DNA of 64,000 nucleotides, taken from Squalus acanthias (Eukaryota). Position 1 is the stretch's first letter; each line of letters starts with the position of its first letter. The notes under the pieces were generated by a model. The model made no database searches, had not been told where the DNA came from, and saw nothing but the letters and a program-made list of their open reading frames with translations. Both the position numbers and the translations under genes were made by a program. Of the stretch, positions 12,392-23,694 are shown one piece after another. Location: assembly GCA_030390025.1 (NCBI GenBank), contig JASTWF010000330.1, positions 372,001 to 436,000 on the forward strand. The letters are read 5' to 3'.

Positions 12392-12882
12392 ATAAATGCA
12401 ATCTGTCTTTCTAGGGTCCAACAGGTCACGATAGACCCCAAGTGTAGCCCTGGGCACTGCCCGCTTATTCTCCAGGGCCCTCGATGAGTTGTGGAATGAA
12501 GTGAGGGATGTGTGATGTAGTGACTGAGGGGAGTGGGCTGTAGTATCTATGGGGATTGGGATGCTGTGACTGAGGGGTGTGCAATAGATATGGGGAGGGC
12601 GGGGAGCGGGTCGCGGGGAGGGAGGGGAGTGGGACGTTGGGACAGAAGGGAAGTGTGGGAGTGGAGGGGAGCGGAGGGAGGGGAGCGGGATGAGGGTAGG
12701 GAGGGGAGCAGGATTGGGAGGATGGGACCGAGGGAAGTTGGATGTAGTGACTGAACGTCGTGGGGTTGGAGTATTCTGGTTTATATAAAGTCTGGTGTCT
12801 GACATTCTCGGTACACCCGTATATGGCTGGTGGCCTGTTCTGCTGTTCTTCACTCTCCCATGACGCGCTTCCTTTATTACAG

Positions 12883-12955
12883 ATCCAGAGACTTCCCCAA
12901 ATCAGGGCCCCGAGGAACAAATGACTGGAGAATCCGCTGAGGGTTCATCCACTAT
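12883..12955 (+). pseudogene. 5' part of a mucin-like repeat exon, cut off by a LINE fragment
   Basis: Same acceptor as the array (cctttattacAG). Encodes DPETSPNQGPEEQMTGESAEGSSTI and then runs into LINE RT sequence. The upstream flank (tataaagtctggtgtctgacattctc) is of type B. Confidence 0.8.
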
Positions 12956-13731
12956 AAAGGATGTAATAGCTGAGCACTTGACAAACAGTGACAGGATCGG
13001 ACAAAGTCAACATGGATTTACAAAAGGTAAATCGTGCTTGACTAATCTACTGGAATTTTTTGAGGATGTAACTGGGAAAATAGATAAGGGAGAACCAGTA
13101 GATGTGGTGTATTTGGACTTTTAAAAGGCTTTCGATAAGGTCCCGCATAAGAGATTAGCGTGTAAAGTTAAGGCACATGGGATTGGGGGCAAGGTATTGA
13201 CTTGGATAGAGAACTGGTTAGCGGACAGAAAGCAGAGAGTTGGAATAAACGGGTCTTTTTCCGAGCGGCAGGCAGTGAGAGGTTGGGTACCGCAGGGATC
13301 GGTCCTTGGACCCCAGCTATTCACAATATACATTAATGATCTAGATAAGGGAACAAAATGTAATATCTCCAAGTTTGCAGATGTCACAAAGCTGGGTGGG
13401 AGTGTGTGCAGCGAGGAGGATACCGAGAAACTCCAGGATGATTTGGACAGGTTGGGTGAGTGGGCAGAAGCGTGGCAGATGCAATATAACGTGCATAAAT
13501 GCGAGGTTATCCACTTTGGTGTCAAAAACAGCAAGGCAGACTATTATCTGAATGGCAATAGATTGGGAGAAGGGAAAGTGCAACGAGACCTGGCTGTCCT
13601 TGTGCACCAGTCGCTGAAAGTAAGCATGCTGGTGCAGCAGGCGGTGAAGAAGGCAAATGGTATGTTGGCCTTCATAGCGAAAGGGTTTGAGTACAGGAAC
13701 AGGGATGTCCTGCTGCAGTTGTACAGGGCCT
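12956..13731 (+). mobile_element. Internal CR1-clade RT fragment, inactive
   Basis: Reads KDVIAEHL..QHGFTKGKSCLTNLL..YLDF*, with a stop at 13122-13124 and FADD changed to FADV. It lacks both the 5' end and the 3' tail. Confidence 0.92.
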
Positions 13732-13793
13732 ACAACCAACTGAATAATCTGCTGACCGTTCATCCACTATCCCAGCAGTTTCTGCAGCCTCTG
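13732..13793 (+). pseudogene. 3' remnant of a type-B repeat exon
   Basis: Sequence caaccaactgaaTAAtctgctgaccgt...gcctctg|GTATCT has no acceptor and an in-frame TAA where intact B copies have GAA. The downstream flank gggcccattgtttacag...cccggagattcatcc is of type B. Confidence 0.85.
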
Positions 13794-16644
13794 GTATCTG
13801 TCTTGTGGGGCCCATTGTTTACAGTCTCTTCACTCAATGTGACTCCTGAAAACCAATTCCCGGAGATTCATCCAATCTCTTACTGAGGGATTGATTATCG
13901 TGACTGAGGGGAGTGGGATGAGAGACTGAGGGGAGTGGGATGAAGAGACTGAGGGGAGTGCGATGAGAGAATGAGGGGAGTGGGATGAAGAGACACAGGG
14001 GAGTGGGATGAGGGAACTGAATGGAGTGGGATATGGAGACAGAGGGGAGTGGGATGAGGAGACTGAGGGGAGTGGGATGAGGAGACTGAGGGGAGTGGGA
14101 TGAAGAGACTGAGGGGAGTGGGATGAGGAGACTGAGGGGAGTGGGATATGGAGACTGAGGGGAGTGGGATATGGAGACTGAGGGGAGTGGGAAGAGGAGA
14201 CTGAGGGGAGTGGGATGGAGAGACTGAGGGGAGTGGGATGAAGAGACACATGGGAGTGGGATGAGGGAACTGAATGGAGTGGGATATGGAGACTGAGGGG
14301 AGTGGGATGATGAGCCTGAAGGGAGTGGAATGAGGATTCTGAGGGGAGTGGGATGAGGAGACTTAGGGGAGTGGGATGAGGAGACTGAGGGGAGTGGGAT
14401 GAGGAGACTGAGAGGATTGGGATGAGGAGAGTGAGGGGAGTGGGATGAGGAGACTGAGGGGAGTGGGATGAGGAGACTGAGAGGAGTGGGATGAGGAGAC
14501 TGAGGGGAGTGGGATGAGGAGACTGAGGGGAGTGGGATGAGGAGAGTGAGGGGAGTGGGATGAGGAGACTGAGGGAAGTGGGATGAGGAGACTGAGGGGA
14601 ATGGAATGAGGAGACAGAGGGGAGTGGGATATGGAGACTGAGGGGAGTGGGATGTGGAGACTGAGGGGAGTGGGATGAAGAGACTGAGGGGACAGGGATG
14701 AGGAGACTGAGTAGGGTGGGATGAGGGGACTTAGGGGAGTGGGATGAGGGAACTCAAGGGAGTCGGATATGGAGACTGAGGGCAGTGGGATGAGGTGACT
14801 GAGGCGAGTTGGATAAGGAGACTGAGGGGAGTGGGATGAGGAGACTGAGAGTGTGTGATGAGGGAACCGAGCGGAGTGGGATGAGGAGACTGAAGGGAGG
14901 GGGATGACCGACTGAGGGGAGTGGAATGACGTGACTGAGGGGAGTTGGATCAGGAGACCGATTGGATTGGAATGAGGAGATTGTGGGGTGAGGGATGTGG
15001 GAGCTGAGGGGTGTGGAATGAGGGGACTTAGGGGAGTGGGATGAGGAGACGGAGGGGAGTGGGATGAGGAGACTGAGGGGAGTGGGATGAGGAGACTGAG
15101 GGGAGTGGGATGCAGCGGCTGAGGGGAGTGGGACACAGTTCCTGAGGGGAGTGGGATGCAGTTCCTGAGTGGAGAGGGATACAGTTCCTGAGGGGAGTGG
15201 ACACAGTTCCTGAGGGGAGAGGGACACAGTTCCTGAGGGGAGTGGGACACAGTTCCTGAGGGGAGTGGAACACAGTTCCTGAGGGGAGTGGGACACAGTT
15301 CCTGAGGGGAGTGGGACACAGTTCCTGAGGGGAGTGGGATACAGTTCCTGTGGGGAGTGGGACACAGTTCCTGAGGGGAGTGGGACACAGTTCCTGAGGG
15401 GAGTGGGAAGCAGTTTCTGAGGGGAGGGGGACACACTTCCTGAGGGGAGGGGGACACAGTTCCTGAGGGGAGTGGGACACAGTTCCTGAGCGGAGTGGGA
15501 CGCAGTTCCTGAGCGGAGTGGACACAGTTCCTGAGGGGAGAGGGACACAGTTCCTGAGGGGAGTGGGACACAGTTCCTGAGGGGAGAGGGATACAGTTCC
15601 TGAGGGGAGTGGGACACAGTTCCTGAGGGGAGAGGGACACAGTTCCTGAGGGGAGTGGGACACAGTTCCTGAGGGGAGAGGGACACAGTTCCTGAGGGGA
15701 GTGGGACACAGTTCCTGAGCGGAGTGGGACGCAGTTCCTGAGGGGAGTGGACACAGTTCCTGAGGGGAGAGGGACACAGTTCCTGAGGGGAGTGGGACAC
15801 AGTTCCTGAGGGGAGAGGGACACAGTTCCTGAGGGGAGAGGGACACAGTTCCTGAGGGGAGAGGGACACAGTTCCTGAGGGGAGTGGGACACAGTTCCTG
15901 AGCGGAGTGGGACGCAGTTCCTGAGGGGAGTGGACACAGTTCCTGAGGGGAGAGGGACACAGTTCCTGAGGGGAGTGGGACACAGTTCCTGAGGGGAGTG
16001 GGATGCAGTTCCTGAAGGGGATGCGGACGCAGTGAGTGAGTGGGATTGTGATTGGCTGAGGAGACTGAAGGGAGTGTGGATGAGGAGTCTGAGGGGAGTG
16101 GCATGAGGAGACTGAGGGGAGTGGGATGAGGAGACTGAGGGGAGTGGGATGAGGAGACTGAGGGTAGTGGGATGAGGAGACTGAGGGGAGTGGGATGAGG
16201 ACGCTGTGGGGAATGGGATGAGACTACTTTGTGGAGTGGTATGAGGAGATTAAGGGGAGTGTGATGAGGAGACTGAGGGGCGTGGGATGAGGAGACTGTG
16301 GGGAATGCGATGAGAATACTTTGTGGAGTGGTATGAGGAGATTAAGGGGAGTGTGATGAGGAGACTGAAGGGAGTCGGACGTGGAGACTGAGGGGAGATG
16401 GATGAGGAGACTGAGGGGAGTGGGATGAGGAGACTGAGGTGAGTGGAATGAGGAGACTGTGGGGAATGGGATGGGAATACTTTGTGGAATGGTATGAGGA
16501 GACTAAGGGGAGTGGGATGAGGAGACTGAGTGGAGTCGGACGCAGTGAGTGAGTGGGATTGTGGTTGGCTCCAGTACCAGCCTGATGACCTGTTCTGGTT
16601 TTCTCCACTCTACACTCTCCCATGTCTCTCTTTCTTTATTACAG

Positions 16645-16740
16645 ATCCGGACATATCCAAAACACAGGAACCCGAGGAACAGTCGACTCGAGAATACACT
16701 AACCGTTCATCCACTATCCCAGTGGGGTCTGCAGTCTCAG
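16645..16740 (+). CDS. Mucin-like repeat exon A1
   Basis: ttattacAG / GTATCT, 96 bp, phase 1-1. DPDISKTQEPEEQSTREYTNRSSTIPVGSAVS. Confidence 0.8.
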
Positions 16741-17370
16741 GTATCTGTCTCGTTCGGTCCACTGTGTACAGAGTGTTCACCCAATGTGACTCCTGAAAAG
16801 TTCATCCAGTCTCTTACTGAGTGAGTGGATGTTGTGACTGAGGGGAGCGGGATGAGGAGACTGAGGGGAGTGGGATGTGGATACCGAGGGGAGTGGGACG
16901 TGGAGACTGAGAGGAGTGGGAGCAGGAGACTGAGGGGAGCTGCATGAGGAGACAGAGGGGAGTGGAATGAGGAGACTGAGGGGAGTGTGATGAGGAGACT
17001 GAAGGGAGTGGGATGTGGAGACTGAGGGGAGTGGGATGAGTAGACTGAGGGGAGCTGCATGAGGAGACAGAGGGGAGTGGAATGAGGAGACTGAGGGGAG
17101 TGTGATGAGGAGACTGAAGGGAGTGGGATGTGGAGACTGAGGGGAGTGGAATGAGGAGACTGAGGTGAGTGGAATGAGGAGACTGTGGGGAATGGGATGA
17201 GAATATTTTGTGGAATGGTATGAGGAGACTGAGGGGAGCTGGATGAGGAGACTGAAGGGAGTCGGACGCAGTGAGTGAGTGGGATTGTGATTGGCTCCAG
17301 TAACAGCCTGATGACCTGTTCTGGTTTTCTCCACTCTGCACTCTCCCATGTCTCTCTTCCTTTATTACAG

Positions 17371-17466
17371 ATCCGGAAACACCCACATCACAGGAACCCG
17401 AGGAACAGTCGACTCGAGAATCCACTGACCGTTCATCCACTATCCCAGTGGGGTCTTCAGTCTCAG
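17371..17466 (+). CDS. Mucin-like repeat exon A2
   Basis: AG/GT, 96 bp. DPETPTSQEPEEQSTRESTDRSSTIPVGSSVS. Confidence 0.8.
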
Positions 17467-18648
17467 GTATCTGTCTCGTTCGGTCCATTGTGTACAGACT
17501 GTTCACCCAATGTGACTCCTGAAAAGATCATCCAGTCTCTTACTGAGTGAGTGGGTGTTGTGACTGAGGGGAGCGGGATGAGGAGACTGAGGGGAGTGGG
17601 ATGAGTAGACTGAGGGGAGTGGGATGTGGAGACTGAGGGGAGTGGGATGAGGAGACTGAGGTGAGCGGGATGAGGAGACTGAGGGGAGTGGGATGAGGAG
17701 ATTGAGGTGATTGGGATGTGGAGACTGAGGGGAGTTGGATGAGGAGAATGAGGTGTGTGGGGTGAGGAGTCTGAGGGGAGAGGGATGAGGAGACTGAGGG
17801 GAGTGGGATGAGGAGACTGAGAGGAGTGGGAAAAGGAGACTGAAGGGAGTGGGATGAGAAGACTGAAGGGAGCGTGGATGACGAGACTGAAGGGAGTGGG
17901 GTGAGGAGACTGAGGTGAGAGGGATGAGGAGACTGAGGTGAGTCGGATGAGGAGACTGAGAGGAGTGGGAAAAGGAGACTGAAGGGAGTGGAATGAGGAG
18001 ACTGAGGGGTGTGGAATTAGGAGAATGAAGGGAGTGTGGATGACGAGACTGAAGGGAGTGGGATGAGAAGTCTGAGGGGAGTGGGATGTGGAGACTGAGG
18101 GGAGTGGGATGAGGAGACTGAGGGGAGTGGGATGTGGAGACTGAGGGGAGTTGGATGAGGAGAATGAGGTGTGTGGGGTGAGGAGTCTGAGGGGAGAGGG
18201 ATGAGGAGACTGAGGGGAGTGGGATGACGAGACTGAGGGGAGTGGGATGAGGAGACTGAGGGGAGTGAGAGGAGAGGCTGAGGGGAATGGGATGAGGAGA
18301 CTGAAGGGAGTGTGATGACGAGACTGAGGGGAGTGGGATGAGGAGACTGAGGGGAGTGGGATGAAGAGGCTGAGGGGAGTGGGATGAGGAGACTGAGGGG
18401 AGCTGGATGTGGAGACTGTGGGGAATGTGATGAGAATACTTTGTGGAGTGGTATGAGGATATTAAGGGGAGTGGGACACGGTTCCTGAGGGGAGTGCGAT
18501 GCAGTTCCTGAGGGGAGTGGGACACAGTTCCTGAGGGAGCCGGACGCAGTGAGTGAGTGGGATTGTGATTGACTCCAGTAACATCCTGATGACCTGATCT
18601 GGTTTTATCCACCCTGCACACTCCCATGTCTCTCTTCCTTTATTACAG

Positions 18649-18744
18649 ATCCGGACACACCCACAACACAGGAACACGAGGAACAGTCGACTCGAGAATC
18701 CACTGACCGTTCATCCACTATCCCAGTGGGGTCTGCAGTCTCAG
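18649..18744 (+). CDS. Mucin-like repeat exon A3
   Basis: AG/GT, 96 bp. DPDTPTTQEHEEQSTRESTDRSSTIPVGSAVS. Confidence 0.8.
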
Positions 18745-20885
18745 GTATCTGTCTCGTTCGGTCCATTGAGTACAGTCTGTTCACCCAAAGTGACTCCTGA
18801 AAAGCTCATCCAGTCTCTTACTGAGTGAGTGGAAGTTGTGACTGAGGGTAGTGGGATGAGGAGACTGAGGGGAGTGGGAAAAAGAGAGGGTAGGGAGTGG
18901 GTTGAGGAGACTGAGGGGAGTGGGATGAGGAGACTGAGGGGAGTGGGATGAGGAGACTGAAGGGAGTGGGATGAGGAGACTGAGGGTAGTGGTATGAGGA
19001 GACTGAGGGGAGTGGGATGAGGAGACTGAGGGGAGTGTTATGAGGAGACTGAGGGGAGTGGGATGAGGAGACTGTGTGGAGTGGTATGAGGAGACAGAGG
19101 GGAGTGGGATGAGGAGACTGAGGGGAATGGGATGTGGAGACTGAAGGGAGTGGAATGAGGGAACTGAGGTGTGTGGGATGAGGAGACTGAGGGGAGTGGG
19201 ACGAGATTGAGGGGAGTGGGATGAGGAGACTGAGGGGAATGGGATGTGGAGACTGAGGGGAGTGGAAAGAGAAGACTGAGGTGTGCGGGATGAGGAGACT
19301 GAGGTGAGTGGGATGAGGAGACTGAGGGGAGTGGAAAGAGAAGACTGAGGGGAGTGGGATGAGGGACTGAAGGGAGTCAGATGAGGAGACTGAGGGAAAC
19401 GGGATGAGGTGACAGAGGGGAGTTGGATGAGGAGACTCAAGGAAGTGGAAAGAGGAGACTGAGTGGAGTGGGATGCGTGGACTGAGGGGTGTGGGATGAG
19501 GAGACTGAGGGAAGTGGGATGAGGAGACTGAGGGGAGAGGGATAAGGAGACTGAGGGGAGTGTGATGAGGAGACTGAGGGGAGTGGGATGAGGAGACTGA
19601 GGGGAGTGGGATGAGGAGACTGAGGGGAGTGTGATGAGGAGACTGAGGGGAGTGCGATGAGGAGACTGAGGGGAGTGGGATGAGGAGACTGAGGGGAGTG
19701 GGATGAGGAGACTGAGGGGAGTGGGATGAGGAGACTGAGGGGAGTGGGATGAGGAGGCTAAATGAAGTGGGATTAGTAGACTGAGGGGAGTGGGATGAGG
19801 AGACTGAGGGGAGCTGGATCAGGAGACTGAGGGGAGCTGGAAGAGGAGACTGAGGGGAGTGGGATGAGGAGTATGAGGGGAGTGGGATGAGGAGACTGAG
19901 CGGAGTGGGATGAGGAGACTGAGCGGAGTGGGATGAGGAGTATGAGGGGAGTGGGATGAGGAGACTGAGCGGAGTGGGATGAGGAGAGTGAGGGAAGTGG
20001 GATGAGGAGGCTGAGTCAAGTGGGCAAAGGAGACTGAACGGAATGGGATGAGGAGACTGAGGGGAGTGGGATGAGGAGACTGAGGGGAGTGGGATGAGGA
20101 GACTGAGGGGAGTGGGATGAGGAAACTGAGGGGAGTAGGATGAGCGACTGAAGGGAGTGGGATGTGGAGGCTGAGGGGAGTGGGAAGAGGAGACTGTGTG
20201 GAGTGGGATGAGGAGACTGTGTGGAGTGGGATGAGGAAACTGAGGGGAGTGGGATGAGGAGGCTGAGGGAAGCTGGATGAGGAGACAGAGGGGAGTGGGA
20301 TGAGGAGACCGAGGGGAGTGGAATGAGGAGACTGTGGGAATGGGATGAGAGACTGAGGGGAGTGGGATGAGGAGACTGAGGGGAGTGGGATGAGGAGGCT
20401 AAATGGAGTGGGATGAGGAGACTGAGGGGAGTGGGATGAGGAGACTGAGGGGAGCTGGATGAGGAGACTGAGGGGAGCTGGAAGAGGAGACTGAGGGGAG
20501 TGGGATGAGGAGACTGAGTGTATTGGGATGAGGAGACTGAGTGGAGTGGGATGAGGAGACTGAGGGGAGTGGGATGAGGAGACTGAGGGGAGTGGTATGA
20601 GGAGACTGAGGGGACTGGGATGAGGAGACTGTGTGGAGTGGGATGAGGAGACAGAGGGGAGTGGGATGAGGAGACTGAGGTGAGTGGAATGTGGAGACTG
20701 TGGGGAATGGGATGAGAATATTTTGTGGAATGGTATGAGGAGACGAAGGGGAGTGGAATGATGAGACTGAGTGGTTTTGGGCGCAGTGAGTGAGTGGGAT
20801 TGTGATTGGCTCCAGTACCAGCCTGATGACCTGTTCTGGTTTTCTCCACTCTGCACTCTCCCATGTCTCTCTTCCTTTATTACAG

Positions 20886-20981
20886 ATCCAGAAACACCCA
20901 CATCGCAGGAGCCCGAGGAACAGTCGACTCGAGAATCCACTGACCGTACATCCACTATCCCAGTGGGGTCTGCAGTCTCAG
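20886..20981 (+). CDS. Mucin-like repeat exon A4
   Basis: AG/GT, 96 bp. DPETPTSQEPEEQSTRESTDRTSTIPVGSAVS. Confidence 0.8.
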
Positions 20982-22642
20982 GTATCTGTCTCGTTCGGTC
21001 CATTGTGTACAGACTGTTCACACAATGCGACTCCTGAAAAGATCATCCAGTCTCTTACTGAGTGAGTGGGTGTTGTGACTGAGGGGAGCGGGATGAGGAG
21101 ACTGAGGGGAGCGGGATGAGGAGACTGAGGGGAGTGGGATGTGGATACTGAGGGAAGTGGCATGTGGATACTGAGGGAAGTGGGATGAGGAGACTGAGGG
21201 GAGTGGGATGAGGAGACTGTGGGGAGTGGGATGAGGAGACTGAGGGGAGTGGGATGAGGAGACTGAGGGGAGCGGGATGAGGAGACTGAGGGGAGTGGGA
21301 TGTGGATACTGAGGGAAGTGGGATGTGGATACTGAGGGAAGTGGGATGAGGAGACTGAGGGGAGTGGGATGAGGAGACTGCGGGGAGTGGGATGAGGAAA
21401 CTGAGGGGAGTGGGATGAGCGACTGAGGGGAGTGGGAAAAGGAGATTGAGGGAAGCGAGATGTGGAGACTGAGGGGAGTGGGATGAGGAGACGGAGGGGA
21501 GTGGGATGAGGAGACTGAGGGGATGGGATGAGCAGACTGAGGGGAGTGGGATGAGGAGGCTGAGGGGAGTGGGATGAGAATACTTTGTGGAGTGGGATGA
21601 TGAGACTGAGGGGAGTGGGAAGAGGAGACTGTGTGGAGTGGGATGAGGAGACTGTGTGGAGTGGTATGAGGAGGCTGAAGGGAGTGGGTTGAGGAGACTG
21701 TGGGGAGTGGTACGAGGAGACTGAGGGGAGTGGGATGAGGAAACTGAGGGGAGTGGGATGAGGAGGCTGAGGGGAGCTGGATGAGGAGACAGAGGGGAGT
21801 GGGCTGAGGAGACTGAGGGGAGTGGAATGAGGAGACTGTGGGAATGGGATGAGAGACTGAGGGGAGTGGGATATGGAGACTGAGGGGAGTGGGATGAGGA
21901 GACTGAGGGGAGTGGGATGAGGAGACTGAGGGGAGTGGGATATGGAGACTGAGGGGAGTGGGATGAGGAGACTGAGGGGAGTGGGATGAGGAGACTGAGG
22001 GGAGTGTGATGTGGAGACTGAGTAGAGTGGGATGAGGAGACTGAGGAGAGTGTGATGAGGAGACTGAGGGGAGTTGGATGAGGAGACTGAGGGGAGTGAG
22101 ATGTGGAGACTGAGGGGAGCGGGATGAGGACACTGAGGGGAGTGGGATGAGGAGGCTGAGTGGCGTGGGATGTGGAGACACAGGGGAGTGGGATGAGGAT
22201 ACTGAGGGGAGTGGGATGAGGAGACTGAGGGGAGTGGGATGTGGAGACTGAGGGGAGTGGGATGAGGAGACTGAGGAGAGTGGGATGAGGAGACTGAAGG
22301 GAGTGGGATGAGGAGAATGAGGGGAGTGGGATGAAGGGACTGAGGAGAGTGGGATGAGGAGAGTGAGGTGAGTGGGATGAGGAGACTGAGGGGTGTGGGA
22401 GGCAGTACCTGAGGGGAGAGGGACGCAGTTCCTGAGGGGAGTGTAATGCAGTTCCTGAGGGGATTGGGACACAGTTGCTGAGGGGAGTGGGACGCAGTTC
22501 CTGAGGGGAGTGGGATGCAGTTCCTAAGGGGAGTGGGACGCAGTGAGTGAGTGGGATTGTGATTGGCTCCAGTAACAGCCTGATGACCTGTTCTGGTTTT
22601 CTCCACTCTGCACTCTCCCATGTCTCTCTTCGTTTATTACAG

Positions 22643-22738
22643 ATCCGGACACATCCACAACACAGGAACCCAAGGAACCGTCGAGTCGAGAATCCACTGA
22701 CCGTACAACCACTATCCCAGTGGGGTCTGCAGCCTCAG
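22643..22738 (+). CDS. Mucin-like repeat exon A5
   Basis: AG/GT, 96 bp. DPDTSTTQEPKEPSSRESTDRTTTIPVGSAAS. Confidence 0.8.
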
Positions 22739-23598
22739 GTATCAGTCTTGTTCGGTCAATTGTGTACAATTTGTTCACCCACTGTGACTCCTGAAAAGCT
22801 CATCCAGTCTCTTACTGAGTGACTGGGTATAGTGACTGAGGGTAGTGTGATGAGGACACTGAGGGGAGTGGGATGAGGAGACTGAGTGGAGTGGGATGTG
22901 AAGACACAGGGGAGTGGGATGAGGATACTGAGGGGAGTGGGATGAGGAGACTGAGGGGAGTGGGATGTGGAGACTGAGGGGAGTGGGATGAGGAGACTGA
23001 ATGGAGTGGGATGAGGAGACTGAGGGGAGAGGGATGAGGAGACTGAGGGGAGTGGGATGAAGGGACTGAGGGGAGTGGGATTTGGAGACTGTGGGGAGTG
23101 GGATGAGGAGACTTAGTGGAGTGGGATAAGGAGACTGAGGGGAGTGGGATGTGGAGACTGAGGGGAGTGGGATGTGGAGACTGAGGGGAGTGGGATGAGG
23201 AGACTGAGGGGAGTGGGATGAGGGGACTGAGGGGATAGGGATGTGGAGACTGAGGGGTGTGGTATTAGGAGACTGAGGGGAGTGGGATGAGGAGACTGAG
23301 GGGAGTGGTATGAGGAGACTGAGGGGACTGGGATGAGGAGACTGTGTGGAGTGGGATGAGGAGACAGAGGGGAGTGGGATGAGGAGACTGAGGTGAGTGG
23401 AATGTGGAGACTGTGGGGAATGGGATGAGAATATTTTGTGGAATGGTATGAGGAGACGAAGGGGAGTGGAATGATGAGACTGAGTGGTTTTGGGCGCAGT
23501 GAGTGAGTGGGATTGTGATTGGCTCCAGTACCAGCCTGATGACCTGTTCTGGTTTTCTCCACTCTGCACTCTCCCATGTCTCTCTTCCTTTATTACAG

Positions 23599-23694
23599 AT
23601 CCGGACACATCCACAACACAGGAACCCGAGGAACCGTCGAGTCGAGAATCCACTGACCGTACATCCACTATCCCAGTGGGTTCTCCAGTCTCAG
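23599..23694 (+). CDS. Mucin-like repeat exon A6
   Basis: AG/GT, 96 bp. DPDTSTTQEPEEPSSRESTDRTSTIPVGSPVS. Confidence 0.8.

Noticed and set aside
16540..16830. GTGAGT consensus donors in the flanks on both sides of type A exons
   Set aside because: The upstream ones have no preceding acceptor, the downstream one lies after an in-frame stop, and they are not conserved in type B flanks. There is no support for their use.
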